Assembly (NCBI GenBank): GCA_964016885.1
Contig: OZ024742.1
Location: forward strand, 370,140,001-370,204,000
Length of the DNA stretch: 64,000 bases
Source of the DNA: Eledone cirrhosa
Taxonomy: Eukaryota
Reading direction: 5' to 3'
The notes under the pieces are model-generated. The model saw nothing but the letters and a program-made list of their open reading frames with translations, made no database searches and was not told where the DNA came from. Made by a program: the position numbers and the translations under genes. How positions within the stretch are numbered: the first letter of the stretch is position 1; each line of letters starts with the position of its first letter. Below are positions 13,470 through 25,726 of the stretch, one piece after another.

Positions 13470-13754
13470 CAGACAAGAAAATAGTGGACAGAAATACCTG
13501 CAAGAAATTGAAACACAGCATACAAGAGATGTGTGGTTCGATTCCTGACATTTTTCAACTATTATTATGGTTATTTGCAATGCAATGACTACATTTTCAA
13601 ACTTCTTGAATGCTTTGAAAATCCACCATATGTTTACATTTACATACGTGTGTGTGTGTGTGTGTGTGCGCAAAAGGCAAACAAATAAAACAAACGACTA
13701 CAATGAAGAAATATATTAATTTTACGCTTGATACAATACTTATGTGTGTATATA

Positions 13755-13785
<31 letters not shown>

Positions 13786-15076
13786 GTGGGTGTATATATA
13801 TATGTGTGGGTGTATGTCACCTGATCACCCCTACCTCTGGCCTCATAACACAACAGCCTGTCTAACCCATGCATGAATGGAAAATAGAAGTTAAATGGTT
13901 GGTAATAGGAAGACTATCCAGCCATAGCGAACCTGCCAAACAAAGGGTCAATAGAACTCTTCAGTTATATCTGAGACATTACAACCCCTCCCTAGTGTTG
14001 CTGATCTATATGATAAACACACCCAGTACACTCTGTAAAGTGGCTGATGATAGGAAGGGCATCTAGATCTAGAAAACCTGCCAAAGGGTTAGAAGGATAT
14101 TTCAGCTGTCAAAAACCTTACAAACTGCCTAGTGTTGGTGTCATGTTAAAATAGACTTGGTAGAATGTGGGATCAGATGTGAGATGTTGACCCCTGGCAC
14201 ATCTGAGAGGTCATTTGCCCCAGTTGAGTACTGACATGGTTTGTGAAGACTAATCAAAGGACTTGCTAGCAGTGAAAACAGACGTTAAATGGTGATGATG
14301 ATGATGGCGATGATGATGGTGAGGGTGATGGTGAGGGTGATGGTGGTGGTGACGATGGTGGTGGTGGAGATGGTGGTGGTGGTGATGGTGGTGATGGTGA
14401 TGTTGTTGGTGGTGGTGGTGAAGATGGTGGTGGTGGTGATGATGGTGGTGATATGGGGCTGATCAAATGACCTCCCATTGATCTCTTCTAAAAACCAACT
14501 TCATCTTGTTGCAGAAATCAGAAGAAAAAATATCAATAACAATATTTCAAAATATGATTGATCAGGTAGTGAGATAGGGGTGGGGATGGGGAAAGAGAGA
14601 TGGGGTGGGAAAGGGAGAGAGGGATGGGGAAGGGAGAGAGAGATGGGGAAGGGAGAGAGAGAGATGGGGAAGGGAGAGAGAGATGGGGAAGGGAGAGAGA
14701 AAGAGAGAGAGCGAGGCCAAAAGTCAGACATTTTACACAAGAGAGACAAAAAAATGTAGTCATTTTGAAGTGGGGGTGATGGTGGGAGAATGAGAGTGGG
14801 AGGAATGGGAGGATGAGAGTGGGGGAAGTGGGAGGATGAGTGGGGGAAGTGGGAGGATGAGAGGGGGGATGGAGAATGATAAACAGATAAAAGTTGAATT
14901 TAAAAAATGAAAACCAAAAGGCCAGAGGTGTGGGTAAGAGCAGCAAGTGAACCCAATTGTTTTAAGTGTTTAGGGAGAAGGGGTTCAATCAAGGGAGAAG
15001 GTAGCCATGTTTTACTGATTGGTTTCTGTTATTTGATGTTTTACAACTATGGAGCAGCTGGTGTAGTCTGGTAGAC

Positions 15077-15731
15077 TGACAACACTACTACTACCACTAC
15101 TACTACTGACAACACTACTACTACCACTACTACTACTGACAACACAACCACCACTACTACTACTGACAACACAACCACCACTACTACTACTGACAACACA
15201 ACCACCACTACTACTACTGACAACACAACCACCACTACTACTACTGACAACACAACCACCACCACCACTACTACTGACACCACCACCACCACCACTACTA
15301 CTACTGACACCACCACCACCACCACCACTACTACTGACACCACCACCACCACCACTACTACTACTGACACCACCACCACCACCACTACTACTACTGACAC
15401 CACCACCACTACTACTACTGACAACACAACCACTACCACTACTGACACCACCACCACCACCACCACTACTACTACTGACACCACCACCACTACTACTACT
15501 GACACCACCACCACTACTACTACTAACACCACCACCACCACCACCACTACTGACACCACCACCACCACTACTACCACTACTGACAACACTACCACTACTG
15601 ACACCACCACCACCACTGACACCACCACTACTACTGACAACACCACCAGCACAACTACTACTACAACCGTCACCACAAAAACTACACAACCACCATCACC
15701 ACTACTACAACTACACCACCACCACCACCAC
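15077..15731. repeat. CCA/CTA minisatellite anchored by ctgaca
   Basis: Direct reading. Confidence 0.93.
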
Positions 15732-16388
15732 ATCCCCCTCTTATTGCTACCTACATGTTTATCTAACTTCATATATATCAATATATGTACCTACATATCT
15801 ATCAATCAATCAATATACCCTTTTAAATATTATCTATCAAACTGAACCAATATCTCTCTCTTTCTAGAGAGAGATATTGATCTAAGCATATATGCATGTC
15901 TAGGAGAGCAGTTATTTTGAATTAAAATTGATGCCGGGTAGACAGGATAACCCATGCCAGACAACCTTTCCAGTGCAGGTGACATGATAAAACATACCCA
16001 ATCCATGCTGTCAAGTGATTGCTGATAGGAAGAGCATCCAACAACAACCTGCTACAAAACCATCACATGCCCAACATATAGTATTAGAACTATTTAGCCC
16101 AACACATAGAAGCATAGAAAAGTAGATAAAATTATCCAGATGATTATATATATATATATATATATATAATTAAGTTAAAAATGTACATCCACATATGTAT
16201 ACTGAAATACTAGTATGCATATGAATACACACACGTATACATATGTAGATGTACCGAGTTTTTCACTGGTCACTTTACTGTGAGTGTCCAGCTATTCTGT
16301 ATGTAAACACACAGACAAACCGGTTTTTAGAGTCATACTGGTTTTTGAGGAAACACCTTTCCTCTATTCTCCAGAAAGCCAGACAAGG

Positions 16389-16433
16389 AATATTGAACTA
16401 GTTTCGATGTTGTTACATCTCATCAGCAATATT
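16389..16433 (-). ncRNA. Minimal type I hammerhead ribozyme
   Basis: Minus strand: AATATTG CTGATGA GATGT-AACA-ACATC GAAA C-TA-G TT CAATATT. Full core, stem I 7 bp, stem II 5 bp, palindromic minimal stem III (ACTAGT), GUU cleavage triplet. Confidence 0.85.
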
Positions 16434-16679
16434 TACCTATCTTCCGGCCTTTCTAGAGAATCGTAAAAGCACATATCGTTATATGCTTTTTCTATGAAAA
16501 TTAGTAGTGGGCAGACTAATTTGCATAGAGCGTGAGTACGTACCGGTTCAACGGAGACGATAACAACAAATAACGAAACGAAATTACGAGGGTATAAGAT
16601 ACCACTAACTTTTAAAAATTTAGTCTTAACCATACAGTATGATATATTAATTTTATACTGACCGTATCAAAAACATTTC

Positions 16680-16769
16680 ATCTCTCGGACAGATTTTAGA
16701 CTCAATCTGTTTCGCTCTGAAAAATTGTGTTTGTAACAGATAATCTGTAGGCTATCATCAGCGAGAGAT
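16680..16769 (-). ncRNA. Type I hammerhead ribozyme (mirror copy)
   Basis: Reverse complement of 16852-16941. Confidence 0.75.
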
Positions 16770-16851
16770 AGATCAAATGAAACAAAACACCTCTAACAGC
16801 AATTTGAGGACCAAAGATATGTTCCTCGTGGTATTTTGTTTCATTTGATCT

Positions 16852-16941
16852 ATCTCTCGCTGATGATAGCCTACAGATTATCTGTTACAAACACAATTTT
16901 TCAGAGCGAAACAGATTGAGTCTAAAATCTGTCCGAGAGAT
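16852..16941 (+). ncRNA. Type I hammerhead ribozyme with 41-nt stem II domain
   Basis: ATCTCTCG CTGATGA [16867-16907] GAAA CAGATT-gagtctaa-AATCTG TC CGAGAGAT; predicted GUC cleavage after 16933. Confidence 0.75.
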
Positions 16942-17060
16942 GAAATGTTTTTGATACGGTCAGTATAAAATTAATATATCATACTGTATGGTTAAGACTA
17001 AATTTTTAAAAGTTAGTGGTATCCTATACCCTCGTAATTTTAGACACAAAATTTACTGTG

Positions 17061-17105
<45 letters not shown>

Positions 17106-17107
17106 AA

Positions 17108-17280
17108 GAGTCAGGGCCCGATGGCTGAGCTCTTGCCTTTACATTCTGAGTTCAAATCTTGCTGAGGTTAAATTTGCCTTTCATCCTTACAGGGGTTGTT
17201 AAAATAAAGTACCAGTAACGTACTGGTTTGATTTAATCCCCCATAATTGTTGGCTTTGTGCCTAAAATCAGAAACCATTC
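17108..17280 (+). mobile_element. SINE fragment (family A)
   Basis: ctgagttcaaatc...ttgcctttcatcctt...aaaataaagtaccagt...ttgtgcctaaaatcagaaacc. Confidence 0.7.
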
Positions 17281-17364
17281 TAAGTAATTGTCAACATGTT
17301 TTTAAAAACAATTTATCCAAAATATTGTAAATTCAGAGTACCATATATATTCGAGGTATTATAA

Positions 17365-17394
17365 AACCTGGGCAATGCCGGATACAGCTTCTAG
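17365..17394 (+). mobile_element. Helitron 3' terminus
   Basis: cctgggcaatgccggatacagcttCTAG|T, similar to the ends at 2924 and 26637. Confidence 0.5.
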
Positions 17395-18016
17395 TATATA
17401 TATTTATATATATAGATATTCATGTATTAATCTAGCAATATCAATATGTACATCTGTATAAATATATATCCATACATGAATCTGTCAATATGCCTATGTA
17501 TAGATTTAGCTGGACATATATGTCAGTGTGTACTCCCTCCTAGATATTACTATAGCCACCACACACCATGTGTTTCAATAATTATACCTATGTACCTACC
17601 TAGAAATTATGTTCATGTAACTATATACAATTTATTCAAACCAGTCACATACTTATGTATGTACATACATACACACACACAAACACCCCCCACACACCTA
17701 CACACATACCAACACCCATACAAACACCCTACACACATACATAGATAGACATACAAACAGAAGAGAGCAATTGTTATTTAGCAAGCCTCAAGTGAACAAA
17801 GAGTGGAAGATATAACAAGATATAGAGATTATTTACAAACAACAGTGATTTAGTCTATTGTGTAAAGAAGGAATGATGGAGACAGATGCTTCAGACAATG
17901 GCTAACATTTTACAATAGACTTTCTACAAGTAAGAGATTCTGGCAGCATTCATAGGCAACACAATCTCTAAACTTCATTTCTAACTAAACATATTTACAA
18001 CTATCTACTATGTATA

Positions 18017-18390
18017 GGCACATGGCTTAGTGGTTAGAGCATTGGGCTTGCAATCGAAAGGTTGCGAGTTCAATCTCAAACCGGGTGATGTGTTGTTTCC
18101 TTGAGCAAGACACTTTATTTCACGTTACCCCAGTTTACTCAGCTGTAGAATTGAGATGATAGGACTGGGGTCCCTATCATTAAATCACCCAAGACACCAA
18201 CAAGATATACCTTGGAGGAGGCCAGCTAAACCTGCATAGGTGTGAGCTGTCACACACACACACTATCTATACAGTATGTGAGTGTGTGTGGGGGAGGGTG
18301 TTATGAGGGGCCCTTCAGCTGGGTCTTGTAAGCATGTGATGACATGTCCAGCCCTTGTTAGCAGGGAAATCAGATATTAAATGATGATGG
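18017..18390 (+). mobile_element. tRNA-derived SINE (family B) with RTE-like tail
   Basis: A box tggcttagtgg, B box gagttcaatc, body ccttgagcaagacactt; first ~165 bp match 24839-25000; ends ttaaatgatgatg. Confidence 0.75.
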
Positions 18391-18475
18391 TGAGGACTCT
18401 TTTACTGTTTCCAGTCACTGGACTGCAGCCATGAAAGAAGAAATTAAACAACGAAAGGAAGGGAAGTGGGAGTAA

Positions 18476-19370
18476 CAGACTATACCCCAGTCTGGGTGGT
18501 ATCTCTCAGCTGTGTCCTGTTGACATACTATACTCCAGTCTGGGTGGTATCTCTCAGCTGTGTCCTGTTGATAGACTATACCCCAGTCTGGGTGGTATAC
18601 AGCTGTGTCCTGTTGACAGACTACACCCCAGTCTGGGTGGTATCTCTCAGCTGTGTCCTGTTGACAGACTATACCTCAGTCTGGGTGGTATCTCTCAGCT
18701 GTGTCCTGTTGACAGACTATACCCCAGTCTGGGTGGTATCTCTCAGCTGTGTCCTGTTGACAGACTATACCCCAGTCTGGGTGGTATCTCTCAGCTGTGT
18801 CCTGTTGATAGACTATACCCCAATCTGGGTGGTATCTCTCAGCTGTGTCCTGTTGACAGACTACACCCCAGTCTGGGTGGTATCTCTCAGCTGTGTCCTG
18901 TTGACATACTATACCCCAGTCTGGGTGGTATCTCTCAGCTGTGTCCTGTTGACAGACTACACCCCAGTCTGGGTGGTATCTCTCAGCTGTGTCCTGTTGA
19001 TAGACTATACCTCAGTCTGGGTGGTATCTCTCAGCTGTGTCCTGTTGACAGACTATACCCCAGTCTGGGTGTATCTCTCAGCTGTGTCCTGTTGACAGAC
19101 TACACCTCAGTCTGGGTGGTGTCTCTCAGCTGTGTCCTGTTGACAGACTATACCCGTCTGGGTAGTATCTCTCAGCTGTGTCCTGTTGACAGACTATACC
19201 CCAGTCTGGGTGGTATCTCTCAGCTGTGTCCTGTTGACAGACTATACCCCAGTCTGGGTGGTATCTCTCAACTGTGTCCTGTTGACAGACTATACCCCAG
19301 TGTCGGTGGTATCTCTCAGCTGTGTCCTGTTGACAGACTACACCTCAGTCTGGGTGGTGTCGCACAGCTG
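18476..19370. repeat. 48-bp minisatellite, ~18.5 copies
   Basis: gacagactataccccagtctgggtggtatctctcagctgtgtcctgtt. Confidence 0.95.
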
Positions 19371-20189
19371 CGCCTTTTACATCTCTGGAATGGGAAGAGA
19401 GTTATCTCATCTGGGTGTTTACCATTGCCACAATCGAAACCAGCTGGCTCCAGTTGTAATGGGAAACTAGTTGCATCAAGGCACTTTTGGATTATGTCAT
19501 TCAGAACTGCATGTTGGGGGAACAGGCCTGTGTTAAGGCAGCAGGATAGTGGGTACAGACTAGGGATTTACCTCTCTTGAATGGAAAGTGAGTTATCTTA
19601 CCTGGGTGTTTACCAAGGGATACACACTCCAGTAGATCAACCAATAGCAACAATATGTTGACAAAGAGAACCATTACAAACAAATCAACTTTATAAAGTG
19701 CAAATGTAAGTCCTAAAGTCAGGACTTTAACAATTTAATAGGAAATAAAAATAAAATTGAAATATTTATAGTGTCTTCACTATTAGTCAGATTGTGAAAA
19801 TTTGTTGTAATAGTGTAATGATTTTAGTTTTCTATGTAATGAATGCAGCCATGGCGTTTTTTGTACTTTTCAAGAATGTCTTTCTAATGTGGTTTCATGT
19901 GGTGCAGGACATTAAGAGTTAAAACATTAAAAGGAAGACTCAAGCAACAGAAGAACTGCAAACTGTTAAAATAATATATTCATCTATAAAACAAGAGAAA
20001 TCAAGCATCATTCAAGGAGGTCAAATTGTTTCTTTTGAACAAAGAACAAACATGCTAGACATTATCCAGGGGTGTCTTGTTGGAATGGAAAAGTATGGTG
20101 GCTCAAAAATCAATAAAGATATGGATTTATAAGATAGGAATTGTTTGATATAGGTTATTTAAACTGAATGAGCTAAGAGAACCATTAGC

Positions 20190-20966
20190 ACTTGGTATTA
20201 ACCCAGGCATGAAACACATCCACTCATTTTAAAAGGTTCCTATTTAAATTTTTTTTTTTAAACAATTTTATGTAAGAACCATATAATAGTGAAATAATTT
20301 TAGTAAATCTTTCAAAATTCTTCATTAATTAATTAAAATAAAATGTATTTTATTAGAAATAGTCATGGGAGAATTGAAAGGTTCCTATTTAAATTTAAAA
20401 TTTTCAATATAATTTTACATAAGAATCATATGTAAAGTTGCTATCTTGATAATTAAATAATTTTAGTAAATCTCTCAAAATTTCATCAATTACATTGGCT
20501 TACTTTTTTCATCTAACGGAATTTGAAATATAATTTGCTTTTGATAATCCCCCGTTTATGAGCTATAAGCATTAACCATTCTGTTACCATATTTCTAATG
20601 AGATACACTGCATTTTAAGTAATGCATGAATGATTAGGAGATATTTCATTAAAATGGTTTTCTTAATGTAACATAACAAAAGGTTCATACATAAAATTAT
20701 GCTGGAAGATGTTAATTTAAATAGGAACCCTTTAAAATGGGAGATTTTCATTCATAGAACCAGAGGCAGTTTTAGAGCAGGTTGGTATCAAATCATTCAT
20801 TCATAAATTTGGAGGGATTACTTTAATTATTTCATCATCGAGATGGGTTTTTTTAACATATCCCAACAAAAGGTTTATCTATAAAACCATGCTGGAAAAT
20901 TTTAATTTAAATAGAATCATTTACAATGGATGGTTTTGTTTCATAGGAGCCAGAGGCAAGAGTTAA
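20190..20966. mobile_element. Cluster of degenerate copies of a small AT-rich element in both orientations (MITE-like)
   Basis: aaaggttcctatttaaatt at ~20233 and ~20378; reverse complement aatttaaataggaacc at ~20715 and a diverged copy at ~20903; ttaacc and agttaa ends. Confidence 0.4.
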
Positions 20967-21149
20967 AGGGGTTTTAGAACAAGGAAAAACAACAATAAAT
21001 AATTGTTTAAAAGAAAGATTCAAAAGAACTAGTGACCAAAATAATGAAGTTATCAATTGACAATGGTAAATAGTGGAAGAGAAGGAAGTCTTCAGGAAGA
21101 TTCTTCATTCAAGAAGATATAACATATATTCTACTTTTATCTTTTACAG

Positions 21150-21253
21150 ATAAAAATTGCACCTCCTCTTCTCTGGAGGTTGATCCTACCTTAATATTAA
21201 TGTTGTCATGGAGACAACAGAAGAGACAGAAGGCATCATAGTTGGTGGCACTG
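21150..21253 (+). other. Candidate exon with start codon (ATG 21208; METTEETEGIIVGGT)
   Basis: Good acceptor cttttatcttttacag|, gtcATGG start context, donor CTG|gtcagt. No recognised homology. Confidence 0.35.
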
Positions 21254-21550
21254 GTCAGTATGTTGTTGTTTAGCCCTGACACAGCCTGGACAGAATAGAT
21301 ATACACCTGGTCAGATGCTGTAGTGCTACCACCAATTAAATATATAAATAATGGCAGTAATAGTGAGATTGTTGGTTTCTTTAAGGTCACTCTACTAGGA
21401 ATCTGCCTGTAGCTAACATAGGGAACACTTCTCAAACTATTGAAGTATTTAAGACGATTTAACAGAATTCGTAATATAATCGACTCGTCTCCCCACAGCC
21501 CTGGCGGACAGAGTGGAGATGTTTCCCCAGGGGACGGCAAGGGAGCCACT

Positions 21551-22198
21551 GTTTAGCCCCGAGACAGCCTGGACAGAGTAGATATACAACTGGTCAGTAT
21601 GTCGTTGTTTAGCCCTGAGACAGCCTGGACAGAGTAGATATACAACTGGTCAGTATGTCGTTGTTTAGCCCCGAGACAGGCTGGACAGAGTAGATATACA
21701 ACTGGTCAGTATGTCGTTGTTTAGCCCCGAGACAGGCTGGACAGAGTAGATATACAACTGGTCAGTATGTCGTTGTTTAGCCCTGAGACAGCCTGGACAG
21801 AGTAGATATACAACTGGTCAGTATGTCGTTGTTTAGCCCTGAGACAGGCTGGACAGAGTAGATATACAACTGGTCAGTATGTCGTTGTTTAGCCCTGAGA
21901 CAGCCTGGACAGAGTAGATATACAACTGGTCAGTATGTCGTTGTTTAGCCCTGAGACAGGCTGGACAGAGTAGATATACAACTGGTCAGTATGTCGTTGT
22001 TTAGCCCCGAGACAGGCTGGACAGAGTAGATATACAACTGGTCAGTATGTCGTTGTTTAGCCCTGAGACAGCCTGGACAGAGTAGATATACAACTGGTCA
22101 GTATGTCGTTGTTTAGCCCTGAGACAGGCTGGACAGAGTAGATATACAACTGGTCAGTATGTCGTTGTTTAGCCCTGAGACAGGCTGGACAGAGTAGA
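21551..22198. repeat. 56-bp minisatellite, ~11.5 copies
   Basis: gtttagccctgagacagcctggacagagtagatatacaactggtcagtatgtcgtt; a progenitor-like copy lies at 21250-21314. Confidence 0.95.
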
Positions 22199-23859
22199 CA
22201 TCATCATCATCATCGTTCAACGTCTATCTTCCACGCTTGCATGGGTTTGGACGGGAGTTTTCCCACTTGAGGCAAGATTGGTTGTCTTGCTCATATAGGA
22301 CTGTCTGGCAGGTTTTCTACGGCTGGATGCCCTTCCTAACACCAACCACGTTTACAGTGTGGACTGGGAGGTTTTTACCGTGTTACCTACACGGCCACAT
22401 TACAGCGTGGACTGTGTGTTTTTTTTCGTGACACCTACACGACCTCATTTATTTCGGACTGGATGTTGTGGTACCAACATAACTTTACATCGAAAGGGGT
22501 GGTGTGGATGGGGTGTGGGACGGGGGTATATTTTTGTTAGATGTGCCTACTTACTGTAGGTTTCGCTTTGTACTTAGGCAAGGCGGGTCTTCTGTATTAC
22601 TGTGTAGCGCCAAAGATCTCGGTCCAGTGACATTGTCTTGGAGAGGTGTAAGTGTGTGAGGTCGGAATTTATCAAGTCGTCCCAGGTTTTTCTGGGTCTG
22701 CCTACTCCATGGCTACCGTCTATTTTTAACGCCCTGCACTTTTTTTATACAGCTGTCATCTTTCATGCGCATCACATGACCATACCAACGTAGTCTTCTC
22801 TCGAGTAAACAACATCTGATTCCTCTTATTCCTAATTTCTCCCTTAGTTCATTTATGCTTTGCCGTTCACGTATATTACTATTACACATCCAACGGAGCA
22901 TGCAAACTTCGTTCCTCTCCAGTCTGCGTATATCCTCTGCACACAATGCCCAAGTCTCACTGCCATGTAACATTGCTGTTCGTATGCAGGCATCGTACAG
23001 CCTGCCTTTCATTTTTACAGAGAACCCTTTAGCGGCCAATAGTGGTATACGCTCTCTGAACTTTTTTCATCTCGTTCTGACTCTAGCTACTATACTTTCA
23101 GAGCACCCTCCACCACTGCTGATTTTGTCACCCAGGTAACGGAAGCTGTCCACTATTTCTATAGAACCATCTGTGCAATGGAATGAGCTAGTATTCTGTG
23201 GGCACTTGCTGCTACTTATTGCACCTGAGCACCAGCCACATATAAAATTTATATTCTTAGTTAGCTTACCTGTGATTCCACTATATTTTATGCACCCATA
23301 CTTTGCATTTGGGACATAAAATGGAGTTTCTACCTACTCCTTTCCTACACACTGAGCATGGCCATTTCCCAGATGGGACCAGTGCCCTATTTTCCTTCCT
23401 ACAAACTAGAACTTTAGTCTTAGACAGGTTAATTTTAAGGCCTTTTGATTCTAGGCCATGCTTCCATGTTTGGAATTTCTTCTCTAGTTCAGCCATTGAT
23501 TCAGCTATGAGCGTTAGATCGTCTGCGTATAGGAGTTCCCATGGGCAGCCGGTCTTGAACTCCACTGTTATAGCCTGAAGGGCAATAATAAATAGTAGGG
23601 GGCTAAGGACGGAGCCCTGATGAATACCAACTTTTACGCTAAACTCTTCACTATATTCGTTGTTAATTCTAACCTTGCTGACTGTTTCTTTATACATGGC
23701 TTGTAAAGCTCTCACAAGCCATTCATCAACACCTAGTTTTCTAAGGGCCCACCAGATAATCGAGCGGGGTACTCTGTCAAAGGCTTTCTCCAAGTCAACA
23801 AAAGCTAAGTATAGGGGTTTACTCTTAGCTAGGTACTTCTCCTGTAGTTGTCGTACAAT
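22199..23859 (-). mobile_element. 5'-truncated RTE-clade LINE with 3' UTR and (GAT)n tail
   Basis: RT motifs AFVDLEKAFDRVPR, QGSVLSPLLF, LYADDL, FRYLG; C-terminal LHGSETW, RRLRWYGHVMR, GRPRKTW. Confidence 0.93.
22574..23859 (-). pseudogene. Disrupted RTE reverse transcriptase, C-terminal half
   Basis: Frameshifts near 23283 and 22740 and an in-frame stop near 23068; Cys/His-rich insert CSVC..CPKC..H..CGWC between RT motifs. Confidence 0.88.
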
Positions 23860-23925
23860 ACAAAGGCATTCCAACCAGGACCATTACATCTTATTTCATT
23901 TATAGTGTATCTTGGGCAATGGACC

Positions 23926-24381
23926 ATCATCATCGTTTAACGTCCATTTTTCCACAATGGCATGGGTTACACGAGGTGTCCCGTTGTAAGATAGATCAGG
24001 TGACCATGTCTTGCTCATAGAGAAATATTTCTGGCTTAGATGCCCTTCCATCGTCAAACATATTTACAGTGTGGGCTGGGTCCTTGTTGTCATGACACCA
24101 ACACGACCACTTTACAGTGTGGGCTGGGTCCTTGCTGTCGTGACACCAACACGACCACTTTACAGTGTGGACTGGGCCCTTGTTGTCATGACACCAACAC
24201 AACCACTTTACAGTGTGGACTGGGTCCTTGTTGTCATGACACCAACACGACCACTTTACAGTGTGTACTAGGTGCTTGTTGTCATGACACCAACACGACC
24301 ACTTTACAGTGTGGACTGGGTCCTTGTTGTCATGACACCAACACGACTACTTTACAGTGTGGACTGGGTCCTTGTCGTGAC
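23926..24381 (-). mobile_element. RTE-tail copy with internal 48-bp tandem expansion (24063-24381, ~6.5 copies)
   Basis: catcatcatcgtttaacgtcc tail, then gatgcccttcc, then repeats of accactttacagtgtggactgggtccttgttgtcatgacaccaacacg. Confidence 0.8.
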
Positions 24382-24470
24382 ACTTTTTATTGTGTCCTTT
24401 ATTAAAACTGTAAGATGTTTTAGAACTGCAGGCCGTAATATTAGAGGAATTGTATTGCTATTTCTAGCAG

Positions 24471-24504
24471 ATAAAGGGAGCCTCGTCTGGAAAAAGAAAA
24501 GAAG
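24471..24504 (+). other. Candidate 34-nt exon
   Basis: tatttctagcag|ATAAAGGG...AAGAAG|gtgcgt; open in two frames (DKGSLVWKKKR or IKGASSGKRKE). Confidence 0.25.
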
Positions 24505-24686
24505 GTGCGTGAGAAAAGAATTGCTACTTGTGAATGTGTGTGAGTGTATGTATTTGTGTTGCTGAGGGTGGTGGCAGCAATGGTGACAACAGCAGAAACC
24601 CAATGTAACCGCTGACAGTAACAGTGAAATCAATACAGTGAAGAAAATTAATCACCAAACAGCTGCTGTCACCTGGAGGAAACATT

Positions 24687-24734
<48 letters not shown>

Positions 24735-24741
24735 TATATAC

Positions 24742-24778
<37 letters not shown>

Positions 24779-24801
24779 TACATATACATATATACATATA
24801 C

Positions 24802-24836
<35 letters not shown>

Positions 24837-24838
24837 GC

Positions 24839-25162
24839 GGCACATGGCTTAGTGGTTAGAGCATTGGGCTTGCAATCAAAAGGTTGTGAGTTCAATTCCC
24901 AGACCAGGTGGTGTGTTGTTTCCTTGAGCAAGACACTTTATTTCACATTGCTCCAGTTTACTCAGATGTAGAAATGAGATGATAGGGACTGGGGTCCATA
25001 TCATTCCACTGTAAAGTGGTCGTGGAGGTGCCACGGCAAAAAAGCACCCACCACTCACTGTAAATGAGGTTGGTGTTAGGAGGGCATCCAGCTGTAGAAA
25101 TCAAGCCAGAACCTGTTCCCGTCCCACCCTTGCAAGCAGGGAGGAGCGGATGTAAAATGATG
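24839..25162 (+). mobile_element. tRNA-derived SINE (family B) with RTE-type 3' part
   Basis: A and B boxes, ccttgagcaagacactt body, then ggtgttaggagggcatccagctgtagaaa and a gatgtaaaatgatg end. Confidence 0.8.
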
Positions 25163-25726
25163 TGCGGTGCATGTGTGTGTGTGTTATCCCAGGTTCAATT
25201 AGGGGTAGAAACCATATATATATATATATATATATAGGTATTCATCTAACCCAAGCTAGCGTGGAAAAATGGACGTTAAACTATGATAACGATGATATAT
25301 ACATATTAAGTATGAACTATCCGATTTCCTTAAGCACTTTCAATTTGAAACCAGACATTCCATATCATCATCATTTAAAGTCCATTTCCACTCTAGCATG
25401 GGTTAGACAAGTTGCCCCATTGCGAGACAAGCCAGGATTGATGACCATAACTTCCTCATACAGGACTGGGTTTTTATTTGGTTTCCACAGCTGGATGCCC
25501 TTCCTAACACACACACAGTATACCAAATGTCAGGGGTTGAACAATTAAACATTGTATATGGCCTGCCACTGATATGTGTCATATGTTACCTGTATACAGG
25601 TGTGGCATGGTTGACTAAACACAAGTTTACCACATCATTCTCATTGGTCTTGGAAGACTGGCTAAAGTCATGGGGGGGGGGGGACAGCTACTTTCTCTTC
25701 TGGCCAAAGATGTGTGTGTGTGTGTA

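Larger units (their letters stand above)
16251..17070. mobile_element. Penelope-like element remnant: hammerhead-bearing pseudo-LTR with inverted duplication
   Basis: 211-bp inverted arms 16581-16791 and 16830-17040 (2 mismatches, 38-bp spacer), three hammerhead motifs, (TA)n nearby on both sides. Outer limits are approximate and no RT ORF is present. Confidence 0.7.

Noticed and set aside
1622-15781. Long ORFs (Gly-rich, MLPVHVTC, Pro/Thr/His-rich)
   Set aside because: They coincide exactly with tandem repeats and are open in several frames at once, so they are not evidence of coding.
18017-18085. tRNA gene (also 24839-24905)
   Set aside because: The acceptor stem is imperfect and the sequence runs into a shared SINE body, so it is a SINE head.
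19602-19673. Minus-strand signal-peptide-like exon (MVLFVNILLLLVDLLECVSLGKHP|gtaag)
   Set aside because: The donor lies in a locally duplicated ~47-bp segment (also at ~19377-19423), the acceptor is weak, and no compatible downstream exon was found.
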